From NCBI GenBank assembly GCA_964035545.1, contig OZ037767.1, forward strand, positions 27,792,628 to 27,856,627: a stretch of 64,000 nucleotides of DNA, read 5' to 3'. Below are positions 47,601-60,569 of the stretch, piece after piece. This DNA is from Bugula neritina. Lineage: Eukaryota; Animalia; Bryozoa. Under the pieces are notes generated by a model. That model had not been told where the DNA came from and searched no databases. It worked only from the letters and a program-made list of their open reading frames with translations. Position 1 is the first letter of the stretch. The number at the start of each line of letters is the position of its first letter. The translations under genes and the position numbers were made by a program.

Positions 47601-50044
47601 AAATTTTTAAAGATAAAAACTTGAAAATTAGCATTTTCAGTCCACATATGTAGTTCTTGGTTATGAGTTACATTGGTTAACTACACCAATTAAATTAAAA
47701 GTGATAAACATTGAATGAGATAGGAGCTAATGAGTGAAATTTTCATAAATTATTCAAGGTTGATAAAATAAAAACAAAGTTTTGAAAGAAAGTTATTAAT
47801 TAAATCAGTAAATGAAATAAAAAGAATAAAATATTCCTGATTTTAGCTCTCTGAATTTTATTTATTCCTCTTTTATTGCCATGTTATTATGAATTACACT
47901 GCTGTATGAACAGAGTTATGACAGCATGGCTGCCTCTGCTATATAAGAGCTTCATATAACTAGACAGCTGGATCTGTCAACGGCACCTTCTCGTTTTATC
48001 CTAATATTGGATATTGTTCTAATTCTGTATGCACAGACTGGTGAGTGATATACTTGAAAACTTTTTAATTGGGAAAATTGAGGCCAGCAGAATTAGACTT
48101 AATTTAGCTACAGAATCTGCTTTTAACGCAAAATTTAGATGCAAATGAGAATCTGGATAATTTCTTTATGAAATGATCACACTATTTATAACTCTACCAC
48201 TATACAAACACTCCCCTGTATTCCCATGAAGCCTGCTTTTCTGCTTGCTTAGTTCCTCAAACATTACAGGCGTGCCGGCCAAATTCTGACAGCCCAAAAT
48301 TGCTAAAACAGCACATTTCTGTTTCCTCAATTAATTATTGCATGTTGCATTTGTATGAAGTGTCAAATGGTCAAAAATTCACTGTTATTCAAGATTTTAT
48401 GCCGGCAATAGAGTTTTTTAGTTTCCCTAAAGTTCTCTCTCATATGCTCAGTTGAAAATCAACTTAAAATTAAAATGATTCACATGATGGGTTTAACCAG
48501 GGTTTGCTTTTCCTGTGGCACTCGAGATGCTTTTAAGGACGACAGCAATGGCCTGCTGAGACTTCCATGATATATAAGTATAACACAATATAATATAAAA
48601 GTACATTAGTATAATATAAATTGTATAATAAAACAAAGTGTAATGCATTAGTACAATATAATTATATATCATTGTGATATAATACAATGAAACACCCAAT
48701 TGTTATGAAGGTAGAAAACTCTAACGTGGTCTAGGAAAGGTTGTTTTGCTTTAGCACACTGTAGTTATTTATTCAAGGTCACAATATCCAGTTCCAATTA
48801 GCTAGATGAAAGCTTTTAGCCATATACTTAGTTTACAACTATCAGACAGATATGGCAGGTGCTTGACACTAGATTTAAATATTATTTCAACTTTGCTATC
48901 AGTTAACATTCCTCAGGGGGTGTTGCATTAAAAACCAGCACATTGTACTTACCCTTGCGTATTGTACTTATATGGCAGGAGCTACATAGATGGGCCACTG
49001 CCAAGAAATTACAATTCAATTTTGACATTATTATGACAAGTTACAGACAAAGTATGATTGCAGATATGAAAACCAGGAAGTCTCTGGAATTATAAATTCA
49101 ATTTATTGGGTCATGAAAAGGAATTATACTAACTGCCAATTCTGCAATTTTTTACTTTTGTTGTTTGTGTAACACAGAACAAAGTTTAACCACGTGTGTA
49201 GTACGGTAGTTATGAATAAGCATATGTTTGGAATAATTTTATTTTGTTAGAGCCAAACATATATGTTAGTTTTGTTCTCTGAGGCACTCAGCTAGTCTCT
49301 GCTAGGAAGCAGAAGTAGTTCTTGCAAAGAACCATCGCAACTTTACAATCCGAAACTAGCAACAGAGTCAGCACAAACAACTCGCAGCTTTACCAACACA
49401 TAAATATTTATATACTTCACCAAAGTTTTTAACAACATGTGGTGATACAATAATGTTTTATACTTTATTCTTTTCTTAAAACAGGTAAAGCGGTTGTGAC
49501 CTTATTATCCATGCTATATAGCTGATTCCTACTTTGTCCATTATACCAAAATTTCTATTGAAAAGCTTAGTGCTAGCTTCACTAATAAACCAGGTTATTA
49601 TAAATTCAATTATATTCAAAATAGATGTTATAAATAAGCGCTATATAACATAGAAAATGCAGTTGTACAAATGAATTGCCATATAATTATCAAATGTCCC
49701 ATCTAGCAATCTATACTTGCTAAGAGATTTCTCTACTCAAAGAGCAATTTCATCAGCCCGCAATCCACCCTAATTGACATGCATGCTTGTGAGAAGCCAA
49801 GTGTGATAAAATATGGAGGTACTAAAAAGCAACTATAGCATTGTTATATAACGTCGCGTGTAGCAGTTAATCTCTATGATAAAGAAATATTTCAAGCAAT
49901 GGTCAGAAAATTGTGTAGAGCATAAATGTATCATAAATTTTATATCCGGCGAACCGATTACATAAAAAGAGAAATATGTTTTCAATATTTTTCAACAGAA
50001 ATGTTAGTTTATGTTATCCAAGCACTTTAAGCAGTTTCTGTACT

Positions 50045-53000
50045 CTAAAGACCAACATGCTTGAGTTCCCGGGCCATCTGACAGAGGGAGAGGGTGTTTA
50101 AATACCCTACCGCCATATAATCTTCAGTTATGGAGCCCTGCAATGAGGAATGCATATAAGGAACTTGTCAAAATATTTAGACAAGTGTTTACAAGTATAA
50201 TAGTGTTTATATATACACACCAACTGGAAGAGCTCAAAATATGAAACAGGGAATTTCTTAGGATCTAAGTTCTGGTATATATCTTGCGAGGTTTCAGAGT
50301 GAGGTCAGTTTTTCAAACAATTTCATTGCTTTGAGTGCAACTTAATACAGTTTGTTAACTTGTTAGCAAAAGATTGCCATTGTCCCATAATTCTGCTTCC
50401 CTAAGCTACATACTAGCTGAGAAAAGTGAAGGCACTTATTACACACTTGAGGCATCATTAACAGGTTGTGTTGTATGCAGGGTTGAAGGATCGAGTAACT
50501 TCCAGAATGTTTGTTTTTAAATTATTGTTTCACTGCATTCTTACACAGTTTGGTTGATTAAATTAAAAACTTGAAGGTATAATAATCATGCGTGTTGATT
50601 AGTACCAATGGCATGTTCAAATGTATTTTTCTTTTTAAATTTCTTTTACAAATTTTAGTCTTCTAAGTGTTATAGATCAGCCAAAATATTAGCAGTCAAA
50701 GAAACAAGTAGTTAACGAAATAATCTTACTTCAAGCATATAACATTCTGTAAAAATACTGGCCATGTTGCCTAAAGTCATTCTCAATTATTTGCCATAAA
50801 AAGGTTTAGTTTATGAATGACAGCTGTACCTACCCTTATGCCATACATAGTCCTGAGTTTAGTCCTCATAGTGGCCCAAGAATTATTACCAGATAGAATG
50901 CACCCCACACAACAGCAATTCTCATCTAGCCTACGGGCCATATCACAGGCTAATAAAACTGGACAGAAGAGGCCGCATAAACCTTAAAAGTAGTAAAATA
51001 TGTCATGACATTATAATATTATCCCATTGTAACATACTATTTTAAAATACTTTAATATTGTATTAGAAAATTATATTAGGATATAGCATATTATAAAAAG
51101 GCATAAATGCAAAAATATTATGTAATTGATGTAAACAAAGTCTGTCAAATAACACATTTATATTAGTTTTGATTAGAATTAAGCATTGCATGCTAGGTTG
51201 AAGGAGTCAAATAACTTTCAGGATATGCTGTTGGAATTTAGGGTGATTTATTTCAAAAAAATTTAATGTGTATTGATTATGCATGTGGCCTGTTGAAATA
51301 TATTTTTTTCAAACTCGAAGCTTTTAATTTTTCAAAAGTAATGAATATTTCAGTGATGCCAAATGTTGAAGAAACAAGTAGAATTAACAAAATATCACTT
51401 TATTTTAAGCATATAGTTTGAAAAGCAGTTATATTTTATCGTGATCATTTTCATGAAAACTACGTTTCAATAAAAAATTTAAATGAGCAAAAATATCGGA
51501 TTGGTATCATAAAATATAACACAAAAACTATAAATCGGAATACAATTACTCAAACTTGCCTCTCCGTGTCTATTTTATAGTTAAATTTTTCATTATTCAG
51601 AAAATATTAGCAACACAACAATAGAATACCAAAAATCATTTTTATTAATTATCTAAATAATTTTTGTAATCTTAAAATGGTGGTATAGCAAAGACTTTTT
51701 TCCAAAATCACATTATGACATTAACATGAATTATAAGCTATCAGTTTTGAGCTGTTGATAAGCTTGTTAATAAATCAATATATGTAGCTTAGCAGGGCTT
51801 TTTAGAATTCTTATACACCTTCTGAATACTTGAAGTAAAGTACTTCAAAAGATCCTATAATTAATGTTGCATAGCTAGTTTCCAACAAAGACATTTTGTA
51901 TTGTACTAAGGTGATTAATATAATACAATATACAATATTTATAATAGTACTGTAACATAATAATGTAGTTATATCATATGTATAGCCTACAGGCATACTT
52001 TGTACACTGGTAATACAACTTCAGAATCAACTGCACAGGCAATGTAATTGGTCACAAATTGAACTTTTATGTAATGAAGATTTAGAAGGTAGCTAGCCTT
52101 CCTTTCATATAATTGAAAAAATATCTTGTAGCTGATTTAATTTAAACAGATATTTTTTGACATGCAACTGTAGCATGTAAACCAATATATCGAAATTTGG
52201 TAACAAAAATGAGTTTTAATAAAGTTTTACTTAAAAAATATTCACCGATTTTTAAATAAAACAGAAGGCAATATTCTGTATTATAACAGTTCTATCTTAA
52301 AAACCATTAATTTTACACAGCTTTTAAAACTTTAAAAATGAAATCATGAGAAACGGACAGGTTTTAAAGGTTTATATCAATATTAACATTTCAACTCTTA
52401 TAGGAACTTCTGAAATGCTTTGCAAGTATAACAATATAGTTAGCATAACAGAGCCAAGTAGTTGTCAGTATAAACTTAAGATTCAGAAATTATTGACATT
52501 GTGTTTTAAAATTCTGGTTTCACCAGAAAAGTTCTAAAATCCAAAATCTTCTTGCAAAGGTTTTCAAAGTTTTTAAAAGTTTGCAAGAATTTTTAATTTT
52601 TAAAAGTTGAAAAACCACTGCAACGGCAATACATTCTTAACTAATTACCTTAACTTCTTATACTCATAGTGCACACAGCCTACTAAATACACGCAACTAG
52701 AAACTCCAGCTGAATTTATTTTAGACTACAGCTAGCCTCCTATATTATAGGAAGCTCTTTGAGTAATAAAATAATTTTACAGTTTATCAAAAAGATTGGG
52801 TAATTTTTTAAAATGACAAATCTTGCTTAGCTTACAAGAAGAAACATCTTCGCAACAACCACATATGCCCGTGCTGAACCCTCTTTTGTTTTGACCTTTC
52901 AGTCCTATTGGCTCCTCGCTGGTTGGTTGAACAATCTGCACAGTTGTGTTTTGGACTGACGACTGTTGAGGAGATATACTCATAGGATGGTACCCTCCTT

Positions 53001-53174
53001 GCATAGGTGGGTACCCTTGCATAGGTGGGTACCCTTGCATAGGTGGGTACCCTTGCATAGGTGGGTACCCTTGCATGGGTGGGTATGCTGGGGGTGATTC
53101 TTGGGCAATAGGTTGCTTTGTGATTGGTTCTTCTGGGCAGCTTGGATTTGAGCCATCATCATTCTTTGCTGCCA
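50045..53174 (-). CDS. PLAC8/cornifelin-family protein, paralog B (~193 aa) with GYPPMQ repeats; first exon not located
   Basis: Exons 53174-52836, 50982-50834, 50137-50045, with the same intron positions and phases as paralog A. Sequence GFSTGICGCCEDVSSCLCGLFCP...LRTMYGIRGSITED...SLCQMARELK. Confidence 0.9.
52985..53087 (-). repeat. 18-bp coding tandem repeat encoding (G)YPPMQ x5
   Basis: CCCTTGCATAGGTGGGTA units on the + strand, inside the paralog B exon. Confidence 0.93.
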
Positions 53175-56100
53175 CTAAAATATTCAAATATAATTAGTAT
53201 ATTCTAATGCAGTACTTGAAACAGCCAATTTAGTGCAATTTTGTTATTTTTTAATTTTAATCTCAAATGTAAATTTATGGTAAAATTTTCAACAGCCTAT
53301 AAAATAATACCCATTAATGAGTTTGAAAGCATACTAAATATACTTTATATTAAAATTAAATATACATTTTGTTTCAAATATATAAAAACACTTAAAGCTG
53401 CATTGACTAATTGTAAATATAGCAATATATGTGTCAATTATGTCTAAGTTAGTGGTAAATGTCTGACAGTAGCCCACTGTGTATAGCACACCATTTTATA
53501 TACTTTAATAAAATGATGAATAATTTAATCCTGTCAGAATTGACTCTCATTTTGTTTCATGATAAGCAAACAACAAAAAGCTTCAACTTTTGCTGAAGAA
53601 TACAAGAATATTACTATCTTATAATAACAAATATAATCACTTTAAAAATGTTCCCATAGCTTTTGGGTTATATGAAACTTTAAAAGTTGTAAAATTGACA
53701 CTTGGATTAATAATAGCTAAGAGCGTACTTTCCAGAGTTGACTTTGAGCTTATCTCTACGCCCTCCTACCTCTTTGGCTATACAATCCCAACTAGATTGG
53801 GATGGTCTTTTCTAGCCTACGTGTTTAGTTCCACAAAAGGTTTACAACTGCTGTGAACTGTGACCTTTACGTTTGTCAGAGCCATTTTTCAGCATTGCTA
53901 GCTTTTAAACTACTTCCTTCTTTTCATTGTATCCTCAATTTGCATCACGTAGCAAAAATATTGATACAATACAATCTGTTTTACATATTGGTAGTGACAC
54001 ACCTACCGAGTGTAAAGGGCTTGCAGGGTGATAATGTATGGTCAACCCTTTGCCTGGAGACTTGAATGCGACTTTAGCTTTGTGGCTAAAATATAAATAA
54101 CCTGCCATTGTATACTAATTCTCTGTATCTCTCATTATATTTTTGCTTAAACTTGCAAACTGTTAGTATGCGGTATGACAGTTAGTTCACATCTATTCCC
54201 TGAAATTATTTTTAGAGTAAATTTATGCCAACATAAATTACAAATGTGACTATATTATATTTGTAGTTTTTCTTACGGCATAGGCTTGCACAATCACCAA
54301 AATATTTTGCTGTTCCAGAAGAAAGGGCATCACTATCTATTTACAAATGTCAGCAGTATAACTTTTGTATGCATTCCTTTACAGTTTTTTAAGCACAATA
54401 CAACTGCAAATTAAAACTTCAACTATAAATTTTTTACATGTAACTTGTAAACTTGTGTAGTAAATATATATAAAAATAGTTTACTGTTTTGAGTGGTATT
54501 TACAGTTTTTTTAAAGAAGCATAGTCCTACAAATTGCAGTGATAAACTAAGCGACAAATTTCAAAATCCCTCAACTTAGTAGGCTTAACATATAGACAGT
54601 GTAATAGTGTGCAAGAAAAATTATTCTTGTATCATAGTTTTAATATAATATTTTTTATATGCAGTGAGCCAGTGACTGTATTATAACGTATAGCAAATGT
54701 CAGGCTGGTTATAATGCTCAACCTTCTCGTTTTCATACCAAGCAGATATCTTTTTAGCGATTCCCACTATTTAGGTTTCATCGACAAACCGGAAATTATT
54801 AATTTTTGTAGCTGCACTGGAGTGCTATAGTAATTACCACAAGGGAAGCGCTTCGACTTTACGGCAGACAAGTTTCCTCTACTGTAGCTCCATTCATAGG
54901 TAATTATTAAGTAACTGTCTCCATGGATATGCATTTAGATACTCTGTGAGGTAATGGATAACTATTATGTAATTTATTTTAATTTACAATATAAATCATA
55001 AAAAATATTAAGAATAAGTCAAAGTCAAACTGAAACTCAAAGTTATTGTTAAACTCAAGTAATTGTACAACTAAATCAGTAAAACTAGATGGACATTCAG
55101 TTTTGTATTTTCATATGATCTGGCATTATATTTGGATTTTGATTTTCAGTGAGTGCCACTTCAATTTTCATACTTTCAGTTTCATCAAATGTATTTAAGC
55201 TTAAACTTAAAGTTAATGTCATAATTCAGTTATAATATCAATAATTATAATAATATTAAATTTAATAATATTAATATTGCTGCAAATCCAAATATTCATA
55301 TTGATAATCACATACTCATAGTGATATTAATGATCACAGTGAAATGATTATAATTATAATATTTCATACTGATACTCTCAGTCTCTGTTTTCAAGTCTAG
55401 AGTTACTGCGTAGGCCTATTCCTAATTTTACTTATTTACTTTTAGTATTAGTAATTTAGATTTAGAGTAAGACTAAGTGATACTGATATTATAATCATAT
55501 AATCACTGATATTTGATATGAGTATGAGTGTACTCGCTTTGTTTCTAAACCTCTACTTCCTTTCAAGCTTGATTCTCACTGGGCTGTTATACTCTCTTCC
55601 TCTACACTCAAGTTTGATTTAATGTCTCCTGATATCTTATTTTGTCCCCATCTTGCTGGGCCATTGCCACTTTGCTCACTTAGAACTTAATGTAAACAAC
55701 TACCATGTTTGATTGCTGGTTTACCTTTTCTCACTATCTGCATACCAAGTGCGAATAATTTCCTAGTACCGGAGTATTCTTGTTTTTGGTTCTGAAAATC
55801 TCTGTTTGCAGAAGCTATCAGGCTTTACCTGAAAAGTAGTCATTTTGTTTTACAACCACATTTTTAAATATAATATTTTAATATGCTTATTTTCATAAAT
55901 TTTGCTTGCTGTAAATGGCCCTGCTTGTAAGATCAATATGTGGATAATTGGTACAAAGATTCTCATAGTAATTAAAGATAATTAATTATATAAAGATAAT
56001 TATATGAAGATATGTAACTCTAGATATTATAAGTTACAACATGAAGCATTAGATTTGAATGATTTTGCACCATGTATGCATAATATGCTAATTAAACTGC

Positions 56101-56578
56101 TTGATCTGTTATTATGTGGGGTAAGCATCAAGTTTTGGTGTTAGAATTGTTCTACAATCACATACAGTACCTATCAGACTGTTCCAGTTCCTTGTTTTCT
56201 TTTTGTTGCCTAGTTATTTCTATACCTTATCGGTCACCAGCGTTGTAAATTTTTATTTGATGCAACAGTTGGTGTATGTTTTGCAATCAGAAACAAGAAT
56301 ATCTTATCAATTGTTGCTATAGCTTTGGTTTTGACAACCTCGCTGTTTAGTCTTTAGATCTCAATTCACTTTATTTTTTTAGCCATTCAACTTTAGTGCT
56401 TTTTATTTTCTTATTAATTTTCTATATTCTACGTTTTTTTATTCACTAGTGAGGGATGTATTTGAAATCTGTCGCTAGTTGCATTTCCTTACAAGTTTAT
56501 CATATGTCAAAATGTTTAAGATGAGATTTGATATAATTGTTGTAGACCATCAGTAGAAGGTGATCAGCTCCATTAGCT

Positions 56579-59482
56579 ATGAAACAGCAACAACCAGGTA
56601 ACTGATTTTGACTGATGTTTTACCTGCAGGCCATTCTATTATCTGATTGCCAACAGTACACTACTGGATCTAGCTATATAATGTCTTGAAGAAAACTATG
56701 TTTAAGTATAATCAATTCGCCCAGCACTTGACATGTTTTTACAAGTTGTATCACCATTGTCATAACAAATGTAGAAATATTTACAGGTGTTGTGCAGTGA
56801 TATTGCATTATTCAATAACAGTGCCTGCTCATGTCCATTGTGTAACGGATATTTATTTTGCAGTAGAATCGATATTCAGTAACAATAGTGTGCTGTACAA
56901 ACAGAGGTCAAACTGATTGTACAATGCCCATTATATATTCCATAGTTTTTTCTACTTCTTTGAAAATGTTCCGATTCAACAGGAATTAGTGGACTCAATA
57001 TAACAGCATTTTCCTGTTTTTTTTTCTGTAAACAGCTGCCATATTGGATTGTGGGTTTACCTTTCTTCACTATCTTTGTATTATGTGAGAAAAATTTCCT
57101 ACGACAGAATTATTTCCTTCAACAACTTTTTTATGACTCAAATTGCTATTATAAAATTATAAGATGAAAGCTAGTATAAAGTTTATAAACAGCAATATAA
57201 TGTTTCAGTACCAACTCATCTAAGACTCTATGGGAATACAGTTAATGTTACAACTTTTCATCAACAGTATTTAACTATAAAATGGAGGTATTTCTCATAG
57301 TTACTCTGCATCATCAGGCCATAAAATTAGTTCCACTTGATACTGAGTTGTGCTGTTTAAGTCAGCACTGTATCTATCAAGTCCTCAAGTCCTGTTTAGT
57401 TCTTGGCCAGGGTTTAGCTTAAGTCACAAGTTGATCACTGTGGACTATCCATGTCTATGTGTTCTAACTGATAAAGCTTATATGCGGCATCCTTACTCAA
57501 GTAATGTAATGCTGATTCATGGGGACTTAATATGAAAACTTTTTACAATTGTTTTATTCTTAAATGCTGTAAATATCTGTACATTATTGAATAGCTGGTT
57601 GGCATTAACAATTAATAATAATGGAATAAAAAATTAGCAATTTCAACTAATTAAAAATTCAATTTAATTGTTACCAACTATTTACAACACTATTAGTCAA
57701 ATGCACAATGAAATAAAAATATTACAGCCACATTTAATAAACAACCCAGCACCACAAGTGTCATCTCAGAGTGACTGTCTTACACGGTCAGTGACTTCTA
57801 TCTTCATTATACTGATAAAATCAATATGAAGAGTCTTGGAACAAGTTAATACCCTGTGTTCTATACACTCTGCGTGTTCTATACACTCTACGTGTTCTAG
57901 CCACTTTACGGGTCTAAGCTTACTGCATTGACTAGTGTTACTCTAGCATCTAGTTGTGAATTGCTATCTACTGCTGGAGTGATTTCATGTTTTCAGGCAT
58001 GAGCAAGAAGTTCTTGTTTAATAAAAAGGAGGCGGAAGAGGAGAGAGAATTTCATTCTAAAGGTTACCATCCCATGGAGAAAAAGCTATGTAAGTGTATA
58101 CACCCCCATATGTTGGTGAGCTTCAATGAGAGAGTAGAGCAGGTAGTAGTAATTCTGGTTTAGTCTTTATAAACAAACATCAATGATATCTTCAATCAAA
58201 TATTGAAACTGCTCTTTGAAATCGAAAACTATTTGTTGTTGAAGCATATCAGGTATCGAAATCAAATATTAATTCTTTTAAGAAGATTACTGGCGCCGCT
58301 GTTATGAAACACATGTATACAATTCTTATTAGTGTTTGCTTAAACTTTCTAACAAACTTTTGTTTAGCTGCTAAATTAAGTTGAACAATGAAGATAATTA
58401 GTTTGACTTATTTCCTCAATATAATATTGCTACTTTTGAGATTTGGTTTAATGGGAGTTATTCTGCCATACTTTGATTTTTACTTGATAATTCAATTAGT
58501 TTTAACTAGTCCTCACAATTTTATATTAGGTTCTAAGTACATATGGCTAAATTCATGCCGGTGATTGTAGTGTAAAAGTGAACTTCACATACCTTCATAA
58601 CTACATTACTTTAGGTTTTTGTAAGACGGTTGCTTGAAAGGCTCTCTAGTAGTTGTATGGCATTGCATCAACAATTCTATCAGATTAGCTGATGCTAAAG
58701 TTAATTTTTGAATCAACCATTTGGTTTCTGACTTGTTTATTGAGTTACATATTGAAGTTGTGTCATGCTGTTTAGTGATAGACTTGGACAGTGTTTGGAG
58801 TGTGAAGGACGTTGTGTTGGACTGTAGTAACAAATCCATGCCTACAGATCGAGTGAATGCGGGCACCAGCTACTACTCCCGTCATGGGAAATCTCAGACT
58901 GGCAAAGGTGAGGTTTTTTCTTTTAGTCAGCACAGAGTGTTTGAGGATTGCATTTCTTTACTAGTTTCTCTTTAATGACTATCTCAATCGGGGAAGACAA
59001 TTCTGTGTTTGCAATATGCTGAATTTTATAAGATTGAAGAGCAGTCAGTGGTTATTAAGAATTCTAATAATTATTCTATGGAGAGACTTTCAGGAATTTT
59101 CATCAACTATAGAGAATATTTACAGTAATTTTAGCTATTAAAAAGCTTCAAATAAAAATTTTTTTGTTAGATAGCATAAAATTGTATGACTAATTCACCC
59201 AAACATGTTAACAGCGTTTTCTTTAATGAGAAGATAACTCTTTGAATATATTAATGTGCTGCATTATTACAGGTTTTAGAAGTATTGATTTCATAATGAA
59301 TTTAGTCAGTAGCTGTGAAAAAGTAATTGAAGACTAAATAAGTCAACCCATCATCATCTATTGTAGTAGATACTAATAAGTTGGCGGGAGCAGAAAACTC
59401 ACAGTGGAATCGCAAAGAATTCCATAATCCTCAGCAGAAAAATTTACCCTCTCGGACTCCAGACGATCCTCTGGACTTTTAG
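56579..59482 (+). CDS. Tentative small orphan protein (~119 aa)
   Basis: Exons 56579-56597, 57997-58089, 58776-58907, 59367-59482 have good splice sites (CAG|GTAACT, T|GTAAGT, AAG|GTGAGG), all-phase-1 introns and total 360 nt. No family recognised. Confidence 0.45.
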
Positions 59483-60569
59483 CCACTCCACATCCTGTTT
59501 CTAGTGACTGTATCTGTAGTGACACATGGCACTTGCTGCAGGTACTTGTTAATGGTTTGTGGCCAGGGATATGGCAGTTTGTTTATAAAGTTCTGTATCA
59601 GCAAACTAAGAAAACACTTTTGGACTTCTCTCCTACTACATAAATTTGTTTTCTCAAAATAGGAAATTTAGGTTTTTCAAACTTCTTTTTTTGCTAATTT
59701 ATTATTTCACCACTCACACCACGCAGTCACAGCAGTATGAGTGATGTGAAATATCTCTTCAAAGTTTCCGTCTTCAGATATTAAAACAACCTTTTCAGTT
59801 GTCTGTATATAACAAATTACAAGTATTTTATGTAAATATATTATATTATATGCTTCATTTATTTTTGTATGTTGTTAATTATACACTTGAAGGAGGGGGT
59901 TGATAAAACCTTGTTTAAGGAAATAACGCTAAAATTTTGGCATATATTCATATATAGCTATATAACTACTGATACTCACTTTAGATATTATTGTAGCAGT
60001 TATCTGCTCTATTTTGGAAGTTGTTTTCCCTGTGGTACATTCAAATATGCTATATGTATATGGTATGCAATTGATGAGTGAGGGTTTTCTTACCCTGTCT
60101 CTAATGATCTGTATGACTTCACTAAATAAGTTTTGTGGACATTTCATTCCATAAAAACTATTTATGATGATTTTTTTCATTTTTAATTATAATTTTATTG
60201 CTTAGTCATAAAATCTAAATCATGAATTTGTGATTCGGTTTCAACACAGTTAGTTTCAACACCTGTTGTATATAATAATATTTCTATATTATTGTAATGA
60301 TAAATTAAATAAAGGCAAGACATAAATAAATAAATTCAAGACAGACACATATAATAATACTGGAAAGGAAAGGTAAATACATAATAATATTGTAGGCTAA
60401 ATGCAATTAAGGTACATTATATGCTAAAAGATTAAATAACATTTATACATGAGTGTATTTTGAGGTAATTCAGTAGATATAGATTAAATATGAATCTAGC
60501 ACAAGTTTGAAATTCTGCTTTTAAGACTTGATGTGGACGTCATGTCATCGCATGATCGACTCACAAGGC

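Noticed and set aside
46000-49900. Third PLAC8 copy or other gene between the paralogs
   Set aside because: No Cys-rich exons or coherent exon chain visible.
59718-59802. Exon-like segment on the minus strand (TTEKVVLISEDGNFEEIF...)
   Set aside because: It lies downstream of the stop at 60570 and I could not link it to phase-compatible neighbours.
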